Program-made: the position numbers and the translations under genes
Part shown: piece after piece, positions 16,699 to 26,145 of the stretch
Position numbering within the stretch: position 1 is the stretch's first letter
Layout of the letters: every line of letters starts with the position of its first letter
The notes under the pieces: model-generated
What the model saw: only the letters and a program-made list of their open reading frames with translations
Database searches by the model: none
Told to the model about the DNA's origin: nothing
Assembly (NCBI GenBank): GCA_048940925.1
Contig: JBHLOC010000034.1
Coordinates: forward strand, 23,069 to 51,150
DNA length: 28,082 nt
Reading direction: 5' to 3'
Origin: Promethearchaeota archaeon
GTDB taxonomy: Archaea > Asgardarchaeota > Lokiarchaeia > Sigyniarchaeales > SOKP01

Positions 16699-17733
16699 TT
16701 ATTTTTCAGGTAAATAAGCCTTTAATTTTTGAGCCTTTTCAGAGAATTCTTTATAAAGAGAATCATCTCCTAATTCTAAACATAAATTCGAGATTTTCTC
16801 GAAATAGTTAGCAGTTTGAGCAATATCACCGTTTTCTAAACAAATTCTAGCTTTATTAATTAATTGTTCTCTTTCAAACAATGGTTGTAATAAAGGAGAT
16901 GCATCTGTGTTTATTTCTAAGATATCTGCGATTATTTGAATCATTTTATCACGATTTTCTGGATCGATTGCAACCATAGAATAAGTCTTCAAACCAAGAA
17001 TCTCTTGTATTTTATCGATTTTTAAAGCTTCAGGTAAATCTTGTTTATTCCCAATCACAGCAGTATGGGCATAAGGCGCATGTTCTCTGACTAATTCAAT
17101 GAAAAATCTACTTTTTTCTACATTTTCTAAAGTAGAATCCGTAATTATAAGAACCGCATCACTACCGAGAATAAAATCATTCCATAAATAACTAAATTGC
17201 TCTTGTCCTGCGAAATCCCATAAATGAAAATATAATTTTCCTATTTTAATTGTCGATATCTTTCCTGTAATTGTAGGTACATGAACAGAAGGGATCTCAT
17301 CCAAGCATATTAACTTTGTGGTTGTAGTTTTTCCTACTCCAGAAAAACCAACCAACGAAATTTTAGTTTTAAGATTTCTATGAGTTGTATCAATTATGGG
17401 GTCCAAAATCTCCATGAGAGCTGGATCTAAGTTTTCTATATCATTTCCGAATGTTTCTAAAAATTCTCCCTTTAAATTATCCAATCCTCTTTTTGTGCGA
17501 TCAATATCATCATTAATGTCTGTTATAAATAAAAAAGTTAATCCTATATCCTTTAATTGGGTATAAACAATTTTGAATTTAAAAAAATCATAACTATCAA
17601 GGCTAGTTCCTTTATCAGCGTCTTCTAATATCTCTTGATAGAATTTTTGAAAATCTTCAATAGAAAGTGCTCTTCCAAAATTTTTATTATACAACACTTT
17701 CTCATCTTTTAGGATGTAAACTTGTCTCAACAT
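16699..17733 (-). CDS. Longin-like domain + Ras/Arf-superfamily small GTPase + C-terminal helical (MIT/TPR-like) domain
   Basis: G1 GFSGVGKTT, G2 VPTI, G3 WDFAGQ and G4 NKQD. The N-terminal ~120 aa (LRQVYILKD.KVLY...IVYTQL..GLTFLFITD...LKGEFLETF) look longin-like. The C-terminus is amphipathic helices. Confidence 0.88.
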   Translation of the reverse strand: MLRQVYILKDEKVLYNKNFGRALSIEDFQKFYQEILEDADKGTSLDSYDFFKFKIVYTQLKDIGLTFLFITDINDDIDRTKRGLDNLKGEFLETFGNDIENLDPALMEILDPIIDTTHRNLKTKISLVGFSGVGKTTTTKLICLDEIPSVHVPTITGKISTIKIGKLYFHLWDFAGQEQFSYLWNDFILGSDAVLIITDSTLENVEKSRFFIELVREHAPYAHTAVIGNKQDLPEALKIDKIQEILGLKTYSMVAIDPENRDKMIQIIADILEINTDASPLLQPLFEREQLINKARICLENGDIAQTANYFEKISNLCLELGDDSLYKEFSEKAQKLKAYLPEK

Positions 17734-18166
17734 AATTAATTTCCCTTAATGTTTTAGATGATTACTCCTAATTAGTTAACATTTCCTAATCTAATAAAAA
17801 TAATTTTTGTTTTTATACTTTGATCCTTCAATCTAAATCAATCTATTTAAATTTTTAGAAACGAAAATATTAATGATATTGAAACAAAGTTAAGATTCCT
17901 AAGTTTCAAAAAATAAGAGTTTGATAAAATTACAAAAGAAATTAAGGAAATACTCGAACAATGAAGATCTTTTTTCAAACTCATTGTTTTATATTTGCTA
18001 TCTATTAGTAAAAATTTTTATTTACACACTTTATTATTTGTACACATTTTCTAAATATTAAACGTTAAGAAAATGTTATATACCAAAAATGGTATCTATA
18101 ATGTAAAAAAAATCTAATTTTTAGTATTCAAAAAAATATAATTTTGTTATAAAAAAGGTATTAAGT

Positions 18167-21100
18167 ATGATAACTAAAATACATAATAAGAAAAAAAACC
18201 TGAAGATCGCGATACTTTCGATTATACTTACCGCAAGCTTCTTTCTTTCTGTAGTACCAATGTTTAATTCTAATTCAGAGGATCCCAGTGTAGTTGAGAA
18301 TGAGGATCTTTCAGAGAAAACGCCATTATTGAGTACAATTGGTTATGATGTTTGGTGGAATGCATCTTTTCCTTACAGAAGACTTATTAACATTACTAAT
18401 CCTTTTGGGGTCGATCTAATTAACCGCACAGTATCAGTAGAGTTCAACTATTCGACATTAGTTAATGAAGGAAAGATGAACTCAAGTTTGAAGGATATCA
18501 GAATTGTAGAAAATGGAAGATTAAGGAATTATTTCTATATGCAAGATTTCCCCCAAACTGATTTAGCAACTGTATGGTTTCAAGCAAATATCACGTATGA
18601 TGCAGTTAATCCTGACATGGATACTTATATGTATTATGGAAATAATACTGTTGGACTTGATGAAACTTATTTTATGTCGAATATAGAATCGAATGAGATT
18701 TGGTATCAATTTGAAGAGGGGCAAGGTAGTGATGTTTCTGATTCAATAGGTAATTATAATGGTTTACTTTATGGAGGAATTTGGCAGAGTGAAGGAGCGA
18801 TAGGTGGAGCTTTAGAACTCAATGGTGTGAGTGATTACATAGCTATCTATGATAAGTATTATCAAAACGCAGGTGAAATTACTGAATTAACCATTTCTTG
18901 TTGGTTTAAAACATCTTTTGGAGGTGCAGGTCAATGGGATAATTGGGCTTTTTTCGATTATGACAGATCAGAATATTTCAATTTTTATATTAGAGGTGAT
19001 AACGGACGAGTAGGATTTTCATCTACGCACGGAACTTCAATTGACGATTTCAGTTCAAATGAGCAAAATTTAAATAATGGAGAATGGCATTTTGCTTGCG
19101 CAACATATGATGGAACCAATAAAAGGATTTATATTGATGGAGGGTCTCCTACGGTAGATACCGCTAATCCGACAGATATAGGGTCTGGTAATTATGTTAG
19201 ATATGGCTTTGTTGGTGATGGTTCTGAAGCAACTAATTTTGATGGTAATAGGAATAATTTTTATTATGAAGGACTTATTGACGAAGTCAGGTTTTTCAAG
19301 AATGCACTTTCAGCCAATGAAATCGATTTTATTTATAAAAATTATAGCGCTCCTGCTTACTTAAATGAAGAGCAGATAAAAGCCGCCAAAGTTACTATTA
19401 CAACTTATGATATCGATGGTGGAATAGTGGAAAATGCTAATGTTTCTTTATATAATGCTACTGGAGGTTTTGTAGTGAATGGTTTTACATCTAGCGATGG
19501 TTCAGTAACTTTTATAGATTTAGAGCAAGGAGGATATAATATAACTGTTCAATATACAATGAATGGTAATACCACCTTGGTCTATAATAGTTCTGATACA
19601 GAACCAGATCGATTTGATTTTCAAGAACTCGTTTATGATGAAGATATTATTACAGATTTATGGACAATTGATTTTGAAATAGATGATTGGAATGGAGATC
19701 CTCTTAATTATGGATACATTAATGTTAGTATTTCTGAAGGTGGACCTGTTCTTGATACAATAAATCTTGATGCTGATGGTTTAGCCAGTTTTGTATGGGA
19801 AAATAGAGGATCTTATTACTATGAAGTGTACTATAATAATAGTGATTATACTCCCATTCAAACTCCCTTGAATGCTAGTTATATCTATAGATCAGATTAT
19901 GATATTGAAGGTCAAAAATATCATAATTACGGCCCATTAGATGCTAATACTGAAAAGGTTTCTCTGCCTGCAAATAAATATTATATAGATTTTGATCTTT
20001 ATACTGATGGAAATTCAAGTTTTAATTACAACAAATTAAACAGAATCAATGTTACGATTAAAAATATGGATGATTTTCTTGAGAAAGTTCAAATTTTCTA
20101 CATTGACAAAGATGGACAAACATCAACATTAGATCATTTACTATATGAGAATGAAACTTACGCTGGAGGAACTTATGATAATGTCGAATTTAATATAAGA
20201 AATCCACCAGAAATCCCAGTTAAGTTACGAAATGATAATTTTGAAGTATATGGTATACATCTATATGTCGAATTTTACGATTCAGATGGGAGCACCAATG
20301 GCGTAATAGAAATTAATACCACTGAAGCATGTCATATTTTTAATAAAACTGACCTCACTAAAATAAAAATTAAAGTTCTTGATAATACACTTAATGCGCC
20401 AGTATCTGGCGTTATTGTTCATGTGACAAATCAAACAAATTCAATTGTAAATTTAACTACCAAAGCTGATGGATTTGCTTATGGTATTATAAATAGCGAT
20501 GTCGAATTTTGGTATACAAGAGGATATAATTATACTTTTAGTTTAGAGTATTTCGGACAATTAAAACCATTTTACATTAATAAAACAGACCCCCCTCAAT
20601 GGAAACCATCATCCCAAGTATCAAGTTATAATTACACTCCCCTTGGTAATTCATCCTTAATTTTTAAAATGGTGATTGATCCTTCCCAGTATAGCACGAA
20701 TTTTACATCTGTTTCAGGCTCTTCTTCTGCTACGTGGGGACAAAACCTTAATTTTCAAGTTACATTTGAATATACTGACCCTGTTGGAAGTGGACCTATT
20801 GACAATCCAGATACATTGACAGCGGTAGTTAAAAGTCAAGATACTTATGAAACAATGTTAACCAGAGAGCTAGGTGATTTCAGCCCCTTAGGAAGTGGTC
20901 AATTCTTATTGAGTATTAATTCCAGCCTGTTCTCCGCTGGAAATTCAAGTAAGAACTATTTTATCACGATTACAGGGTCAAAATCAGGTTATTCGAATCC
21001 ATCTCCAGTCTATCTTGGATTTACAGTCAACGCTGTTCCAACTTCAATTAGCATTCATGATTATGATAATAGAAACCTGGTCTTAACTGAGGTGTCGCAG

Positions 21101-22387
21101 TATTATGAAGAATCTATAAAAATTCCAGTTAAGTATTACATTACTAGTTCAGGTTCTGCGATAGCTGGTGCCACTTTAAGTTATGAATGGCAATTCGGTT
21201 CGGGACCTATTCCTACAGATCCGTCTGATTCTGATTATTATATTTTCGAAATTGATACATCAGTAGCAACTAATATCGGAAAATATAGAATTGATATTAC
21301 CGCGTACTATGAAAATTATAGCATGCAGGTAGATTATCCAGTTGATATTAATATCATAGCGCGACCAACTTTGATTAATGGGATAAGTGAATTATTGCAA
21401 CTCTCACCAAAATTATGGGTGAATGAATCAGCTAACTATACATTTGAATATAGAGATGTCTTAAGAGATGAAAGAGTTAGTGGATTAGAAACAGCATCAT
21501 ATACTTGGTTCAGATTAGATGAGAATGGTAATCCTCTTACTGGTGAAGGTAATGAGGGATTTGGTGATTTGATAGAGACTAATGACAGTTTGTATACCTT
21601 AGATTTTGATACTGAGACAAGAGAGGTTGGTGAATATAGTATTTTTGTATCTTTACAGAAAAACAGCTATGAAATTAGACATTCTTATTTAACTTTAACT
21701 ATTCAAAAACGATTGATAAACGCATCATTAGATATAACTGGTTTGACTGAAAACCGTATAGACATTGTGCAAGGAGATACTATCAAATTTAGAATAACTT
21801 TGACCGATCCCACCAATCAAGATCAATTATTAACAAGAGCAACAGTGACATTTACATTTCAAGGTAAAAATTATACGTTAACTCCAGATGAAAATGATCC
21901 TGGAGTATATATATTATCATTACCAACAAGTAATATAGATGCGTTTATACTACCAAATACACTACGAGGAATACTTACTTTTGAGAAGGAGAACTATGAA
22001 ACAAAAACTGTTGAATTGATTATTGTAGTAGGATTAACTGAGATTTTCCCAGGTATGCCTATGTTCTATTTTATATTGATTGTAGGCGGCATTGTAGCAG
22101 TAGTAGGCAGTTTAGCTACTTATCGATTTGTTCAACAAGCAAGGATACCTACTTTCGTCAAAAAAGCAAGAAAGATGAAAAAAGAAATCAAAGGTAAAAA
22201 AACAATATCGGAATCATTATTGTATCCTTCAAAAGAAGAATATCTTGTCAAAAAGTTAGGGGATAAATGGGATACACTTGGACTTTCGTTAAGAGATGTT
22301 TTAGGTGTCGAAGTCGAGAAAAAGAAAACAATACCTGAAATAAAAGAAGAAATAAAATTTAAAGAACCTATGGGAGGTGAAGATTAA
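18167..22387 (+). CDS. Large cell-surface glycoprotein B: DUF2341-like domain, LamG/pentraxin-like domain, Ig/CnaB-like stalk, C-terminal TM and cytoplasmic tail
   Basis: Paralogue of 11256..15509. LamG-like motifs WYQFEEGQG..VSDS, GALELNGVSDYI, TISCWFK, NNGEWHFACATYDG..KRIYIDG and GLIDEVRFF..ALS..EI. TM FPGMPMFYFILIVGGIVAVVGSLATY. Confidence 0.88.
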   Translation: MITKIHNKKKNLKIAILSIILTASFFLSVVPMFNSNSEDPSVVENEDLSEKTPLLSTIGYDVWWNASFPYRRLINITNPFGVDLINRTVSVEFNYSTLVNEGKMNSSLKDIRIVENGRLRNYFYMQDFPQTDLATVWFQANITYDAVNPDMDTYMYYGNNTVGLDETYFMSNIESNEIWYQFEEGQGSDVSDSIGNYNGLLYGGIWQSEGAIGGALELNGVSDYIAIYDKYYQNAGEITELTISCWFKTSFGGAGQWDNWAFFDYDRSEYFNFYIRGDNGRVGFSSTHGTSIDDFSSNEQNLNNGEWHFACATYDGTNKRIYIDGGSPTVDTANPTDIGSGNYVRYGFVGDGSEATNFDGNRNNFYYEGLIDEVRFFKNALSANEIDFIYKNYSAPAYLNEEQIKAAKVTITTYDIDGGIVENANVSLYNATGGFVVNGFTSSDGSVTFIDLEQGGYNITVQYTMNGNTTLVYNSSDTEPDRFDFQELVYDEDIITDLWTIDFEIDDWNGDPLNYGYINVSISEGGPVLDTINLDADGLASFVWENRGSYYYEVYYNNSDYTPIQTPLNASYIYRSDYDIEGQKYHNYGPLDANTEKVSLPANKYYIDFDLYTDGNSSFNYNKLNRINVTIKNMDDFLEKVQIFYIDKDGQTSTLDHLLYENETYAGGTYDNVEFNIRNPPEIPVKLRNDNFEVYGIHLYVEFYDSDGSTNGVIEINTTEACHIFNKTDLTKIKIKVLDNTLNAPVSGVIVHVTNQTNSIVNLTTKADGFAYGIINSDVEFWYTRGYNYTFSLEYFGQLKPFYINKTDPPQWKPSSQVSSYNYTPLGNSSLIFKMVIDPSQYSTNFTSVSGSSSATWGQNLNFQVTFEYTDPVGSGPIDNPDTLTAVVKSQDTYETMLTRELGDFSPLGSGQFLLSINSSLFSAGNSSKNYFITITGSKSGYSNPSPVYLGFTVNAVPTSISIHDYDNRNLVLTEVSQYYEESIKIPVKYYITSSGSAIAGATLSYEWQFGSGPIPTDPSDSDYYIFEIDTSVATNIGKYRIDITAYYENYSMQVDYPVDINIIARPTLINGISELLQLSPKLWVNESANYTFEYRDVLRDERVSGLETASYTWFRLDENGNPLTGEGNEGFGDLIETNDSLYTLDFDTETREVGEYSIFVSLQKNSYEIRHSYLTLTIQKRLINASLDITGLTENRIDIVQGDTIKFRITLTDPTNQDQLLTRATVTFTFQGKNYTLTPDENDPGVYILSLPTSNIDAFILPNTLRGILTFEKENYETKTVELIIVVGLTEIFPGMPMFYFILIVGGIVAVVGSLATYRFVQQARIPTFVKKARKMKKEIKGKKTISESLLYPSKEEYLVKKLGDKWDTLGLSLRDVLGVEVEKKKTIPEIKEEIKFKEPMGGED
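22373..22380 (+). promoter_or_regulatory. Shine-Dalgarno GGAGGTGA embedded in the 3' end of the surface protein B gene
   Basis: Perfect GGAGGTGA 6 nt before the ATG at 22387, with TAATG overlap. Confidence 0.8.
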
Positions 22388-23502
22388 TGCCTATTGGGTT
22401 AGTTTTAATGAAATGGGATGACAGAGCAGGAACAGAGGTTTTATCTAAGTATCCAGAAGAAATTGTTCTAACTGAAAAAACACTCATGCAGGTATATAGC
22501 ACTCATGAATATAGTGGAGAATCAGGAATGATAAGCCTAATGATTGGTTCCCTTAACATTGCTTCCTACTATACTGGTCCGGAGCAAAGCTTTTACATTC
22601 TTCTACTTTTAAATCTAGATGATGACCCAGATGCATATGAAGAGGGATTAATTGATATTTCTAGAATTCTCTTGCAGAATTTGGAGGATGATGCATATTT
22701 AAAGATGATTCCTTCATTATTTCGACGATTAGCGGTATATCCTACCCTCAATACTGAACAACGACTTGCGATTACATACCAAGATGAAATAAAACGGATG
22801 ATAATTAACCGTTTAAGAGATGAAGGTGTAGTGTCTAAGTCAGAATTGATGATTTGGCTAAAAGATAGATATAAACAAGGTTTTGTTGACATTGATGGAG
22901 TTATTATGGAACTAATTAAACGAGAGATAATTAAGGAAGCCTCAGTAAAAGGTATGCCCTCAGAATTAATATTTCTAGTAAGAGATATTTTGATTATGAG
23001 AGTTCCTCCTGTTAAAATCCTTAGTGATCCTTCTGCCCAAGGTTTACCCTCTCAATTTGTAGAGAACTATAAAACTGATGTTAAACGATATTTCCAGACT
23101 TATCGACCAACTGAGGGGGATAATTTGAGAGTGATTGATGTTCTTAGTAATCCTCAAGTTTATGAAACTATGCGTCTTCTTAGAACGGCAATTGTTACAA
23201 AGAATGAACTTGAAAAACTTAGAAAGAAAGGAGTTGAGGATCTGGATGATGTACTTAAAATGCTGTGGGATACACAATTAATTCAGGTATATAGAGATGA
23301 GCGAAATATCGAATATTATGCACTTCTTTCAGACTTTTATTTAAATATTATCTTTCCAAAATATCTATTGAACATAATAAAAACAGTATATGACCAGAAG
23401 TCTAAAGTTGATCAAGTTTTAATGGAATACCTTACTGTACTTGAAAACTCTTACCACGACATTAGAGTAGCTAAAAAAGAAGCAGCTAAAGCTGAAGACT
23501 AA
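22387..23502 (+). CDS. Longin-like + tandem winged-helix cytoplasmic protein (copy 2)
   Basis: Collinear paralogue of 15509..16621 with long identical blocks such as LNIASYYTG, IINRLRDEGV, MELIKREIIKEASVKGMPSELIFL and LEKLRKKGVED. Confidence 0.65.
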   Translation: MPIGLVLMKWDDRAGTEVLSKYPEEIVLTEKTLMQVYSTHEYSGESGMISLMIGSLNIASYYTGPEQSFYILLLLNLDDDPDAYEEGLIDISRILLQNLEDDAYLKMIPSLFRRLAVYPTLNTEQRLAITYQDEIKRMIINRLRDEGVVSKSELMIWLKDRYKQGFVDIDGVIMELIKREIIKEASVKGMPSELIFLVRDILIMRVPPVKILSDPSAQGLPSQFVENYKTDVKRYFQTYRPTEGDNLRVIDVLSNPQVYETMRLLRTAIVTKNELEKLRKKGVEDLDDVLKMLWDTQLIQVYRDERNIEYYALLSDFYLNIIFPKYLLNIIKTVYDQKSKVDQVLMEYLTVLENSYHDIRVAKKEAAKAED

Positions 23503-23510
23503 AAAATTAT

Positions 23511-23540
23511 AATTTTTTTCCTTTTTTTATTACTTTTCCT
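23511..23540 (+). terminator. Putative archaeal oligo-T terminator after cassette 2
   Basis: TTTTTTTCCTTTTTTTATTACTTTT immediately after the stop codon. Confidence 0.45.
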
Positions 23541-23610
23541 AATAATATCATAAAATTTTTGAATTCAATACCATTAATCTCCCTTAATAAATTCAAAAAT
23601 ATCAAAAGAT

Positions 23611-24954
23611 ATGAAAAAAATGACAGATGAAGAGATTTTTGATTCTTGTGCCCAATATTTAGATACACCTGAGGCTTTAGGATTGGATGGTATAGATTTA
23701 GAAAAATATATCATCGCAAGTTATATTATAAAACGACCAAAAGGACAAAATGTTAATTACTTATCTCGTTTTGCAGCGATAGAGCAATCAACTGGAACTT
23801 GGGTTAGAGTACCCGAAGAAACTGCTGAAGTTAGGAAATATCATGTTGCTAGAGTATTAGGTGTTTATGAGCTCCCAATGTATGAATATATTATTCCAAA
23901 AGATATAAAAGAAAGGACTTATTTCGTGCAGATTGGATTTCCTGTTGTTAATATTAAGGGAATGGGCATTCCCATGTTGTTTACCACAGTGATAGGAAAC
24001 ATTAGTATCACCCATGGGTTAAAATTGGTAGATCTTGCATTTCCAAAAGCATGGTTAGAAGATTTTAAAGGTCCAAAATTTGGAATTGATGGTATTAGAA
24101 AGCTTATGAACATTCCTAAACGTCCTTTATTGAATAATATGGTAAAACCATGTACAGGTCATACTTGTGAAGTCGCTGCGGATTTAGTTTATAAAGCGGC
24201 AGTTGGAGGTTGTGATGTTGTAAAGGATGATGAATTAATTTCTGATCCCTCCTTTAATACTCTTGAAGATAGAATCGTTAGCGTTATGGAAGCTGTAGAT
24301 CGTGCCGATTCAGAAAAAGGAGAAAAAACATTATATACGATAAATATAACTACTAAATTTCCAGAGATGTTTGAATATGCTGATAAAATGATAGAATTAG
24401 GCGCAAATGCATTAATGATAAATTATTTAACTACAGGTTATGAGGCTTTAAGGCAAATAGCTGAGGATCCTTCAATAAAAGTTCCAATTCTAGGACATAT
24501 GGACTTTGGGGGTACTTATTTCGGAGGAGAATGGACAGGAATGACAAGTATGTTGACATTTGCAAAATTACCTCGTATTTGCGGTGCAGATAGCGTTGTA
24601 ATTCCCGCACCATATGGTAAAGCAGAGATTTTAGACGAGAGATATGAACAAAATCTTAAAGCTCTAAGATATCCATTAAAACATATTAAACCTACATTAC
24701 CTATGCCCTCTGGAGGTATCACGCCAGGAATGGTTGAGAAATGTATAAAAGAAGCTGGAACAGATATCTTAATCGGAAGTGGTGGGGGAATTCATAGTCA
24801 TCCCGACGGTCCAATCGCTGGTGCTAAAGCATTTAGACAAGCAATAGATGCTGTCTTACAAGGAAAGAAAATAAAGGATGTCGCTAAGGAGAAAAAAGAG
24901 TTAGGTATAGCATTAGGAGTATGGGGTACTGGTAAAACAGCCTTAGTTGAATAA
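23611..24954 (+). CDS. RuBisCO-like protein (form IV)
   Basis: EQSTGTW, GPKFGIDG, GGCDVVKDDE, SGG and GGGIHSHPDG are present. Carboxylase residues are substituted: KPCTG for KPKLG, GHMD for HRA, and DSVVIP for DHIHAG. Confidence 0.92.
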   Translation: MKKMTDEEIFDSCAQYLDTPEALGLDGIDLEKYIIASYIIKRPKGQNVNYLSRFAAIEQSTGTWVRVPEETAEVRKYHVARVLGVYELPMYEYIIPKDIKERTYFVQIGFPVVNIKGMGIPMLFTTVIGNISITHGLKLVDLAFPKAWLEDFKGPKFGIDGIRKLMNIPKRPLLNNMVKPCTGHTCEVAADLVYKAAVGGCDVVKDDELISDPSFNTLEDRIVSVMEAVDRADSEKGEKTLYTINITTKFPEMFEYADKMIELGANALMINYLTTGYEALRQIAEDPSIKVPILGHMDFGGTYFGGEWTGMTSMLTFAKLPRICGADSVVIPAPYGKAEILDERYEQNLKALRYPLKHIKPTLPMPSGGITPGMVEKCIKEAGTDILIGSGGGIHSHPDGPIAGAKAFRQAIDAVLQGKKIKDVAKEKKELGIALGVWGTGKTALVE

Positions 24955-24959
24955 TTTTT

Positions 24960-25922
24960 TTATTTTATTATTAGATAATCACTTAAAAGGACTCGTATAT
25001 TTTTATTAAAGTCATTGTGAGTTACCTTTTTAGCAATTTCATTATAGCGCAAATCTAAAAACTTAATGCTTGGCATTTTATTTATATATTCAATATTCTC
25101 TAATTCGCTAATTCTATTATTTGTTAAGATTAGATGAGTTAACTTTTTTAATCCGACTAATTCTTTTATATTTTTGATGTGATTATTTGAAAGATCAATT
25201 TTTTTTAAGTTTTTTAAGCAAGTTAGACCCATTATTTCAGAAAGCGATTTTATATCATTTTTCCACCCCCAGGGGGTTCCTTTCACTTCAAATTCGAGAA
25301 AATCTGATAAATCTAATTCCTTTACTAATCCATTTTGACAGTCAACTTCGTAAAAGGCATTAGGATAACGCTTAGTTAGTTCTTTAATGGTTAAAAAATT
25401 AATATAAATTTCAGCTAATTCTTTATTGCTAAGAAGATCAAATTTTTTGATTTTTATTAATTTCTTAATAACTCTTTTAAATCTTTTATTATCGATTTTT
25501 TTCTCTTTATTTATGTATTTAAGTTTTGTAATCCTCTTTACTTCTTTAAAAAGTATCAATTTAGATTCCTGATTATTAACTTTCTTTAAAGTTTTAATTA
25601 TGTTTATCAAACAATAATAATCAGATTCGTGTTTAATAGCCCATTCTAAAGGTCTTATTGCTTTATTTAAAAACCATATATTAAGATATTTTATTGCTAT
25701 ATTTCTAATTTGTGAATTTGAATCAGATACGATTGTTCTTTCTAAAATTATAAAGAGTTTATCATCATATAGACCAATTTTATCTAAATTCTCTAATGAG
25801 TCTATTATGATATTCTCATTTTCACTATTTTCAATGAAAGATATTAAATAATTATAAGCAGAGTATTTATCTATATCTTTTCTCTCAAAAAGCTCAAATA
25901 TCTTGTTTGGTGTTAGTTTCAT
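24960..25922 (-). CDS. HEAT-like repeat + leucine-rich repeat protein
   Basis: N-terminal helical repeats (SDSNSQIRNIAIKYL...AIRPLEWAIKHE). C-terminal LxxLxLxxNxI repeats (LKKIDLSNNHIKNI, LTHLILTNNRISEL, IKFLDLRYNEI). Confidence 0.88.
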   Translation of the reverse strand: MKLTPNKIFELFERKDIDKYSAYNYLISFIENSENENIIIDSLENLDKIGLYDDKLFIILERTIVSDSNSQIRNIAIKYLNIWFLNKAIRPLEWAIKHESDYYCLINIIKTLKKVNNQESKLILFKEVKRITKLKYINKEKKIDNKRFKRVIKKLIKIKKFDLLSNKELAEIYINFLTIKELTKRYPNAFYEVDCQNGLVKELDLSDFLEFEVKGTPWGWKNDIKSLSEIMGLTCLKNLKKIDLSNNHIKNIKELVGLKKLTHLILTNNRISELENIEYINKMPSIKFLDLRYNEIAKKVTHNDFNKNIRVLLSDYLIIK

Positions 25923-26145
25923 TTGAAAGATTGTAGAAATTTGTTAATTCACAGCGAAATGTCAAATTTTTTTGTTTTTAAAAAATTAAATAATTATCTT
26001 ATAAAAATGGTTAATTGCTTTATTTTTTATTTTCTTTTATTATTTCTTTCTTCTATTAACCTTATTATTTGATATTTAATCATAATTAATTATTAGGAAA
26101 GAATATAGTAAAAAATTCAAAGAATATCATTATAATTTCTATTAT

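Noticed and set aside
17734-18166. 433-bp intergenic gap as ncRNA, CRISPR array or small gene
   Set aside because: Very AT-rich, with no GC-rich stems, regular repeats or convincing ORF. It is consistent with a divergent promoter region.
11256-22387. Diversity-generating retroelement or recombinase-driven shufflon behind the variable domain
   Set aside because: I saw no reverse transcriptase, recombinase, near-identical template/variable repeats or inversion sites. The paralogues are old and diverged at the DNA level.
23611-24954. CO2-fixing (form III) RuBisCO
   Set aside because: Several carboxylase active-site residues are substituted, which fits form IV.
22387-24954. RuBisCO-like gene as part of the receptor cassette
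   Set aside because: It is separated by 108 bp containing oligo-T terminator-like tracts, has no counterpart after cassette 1, and no functional link is evident.
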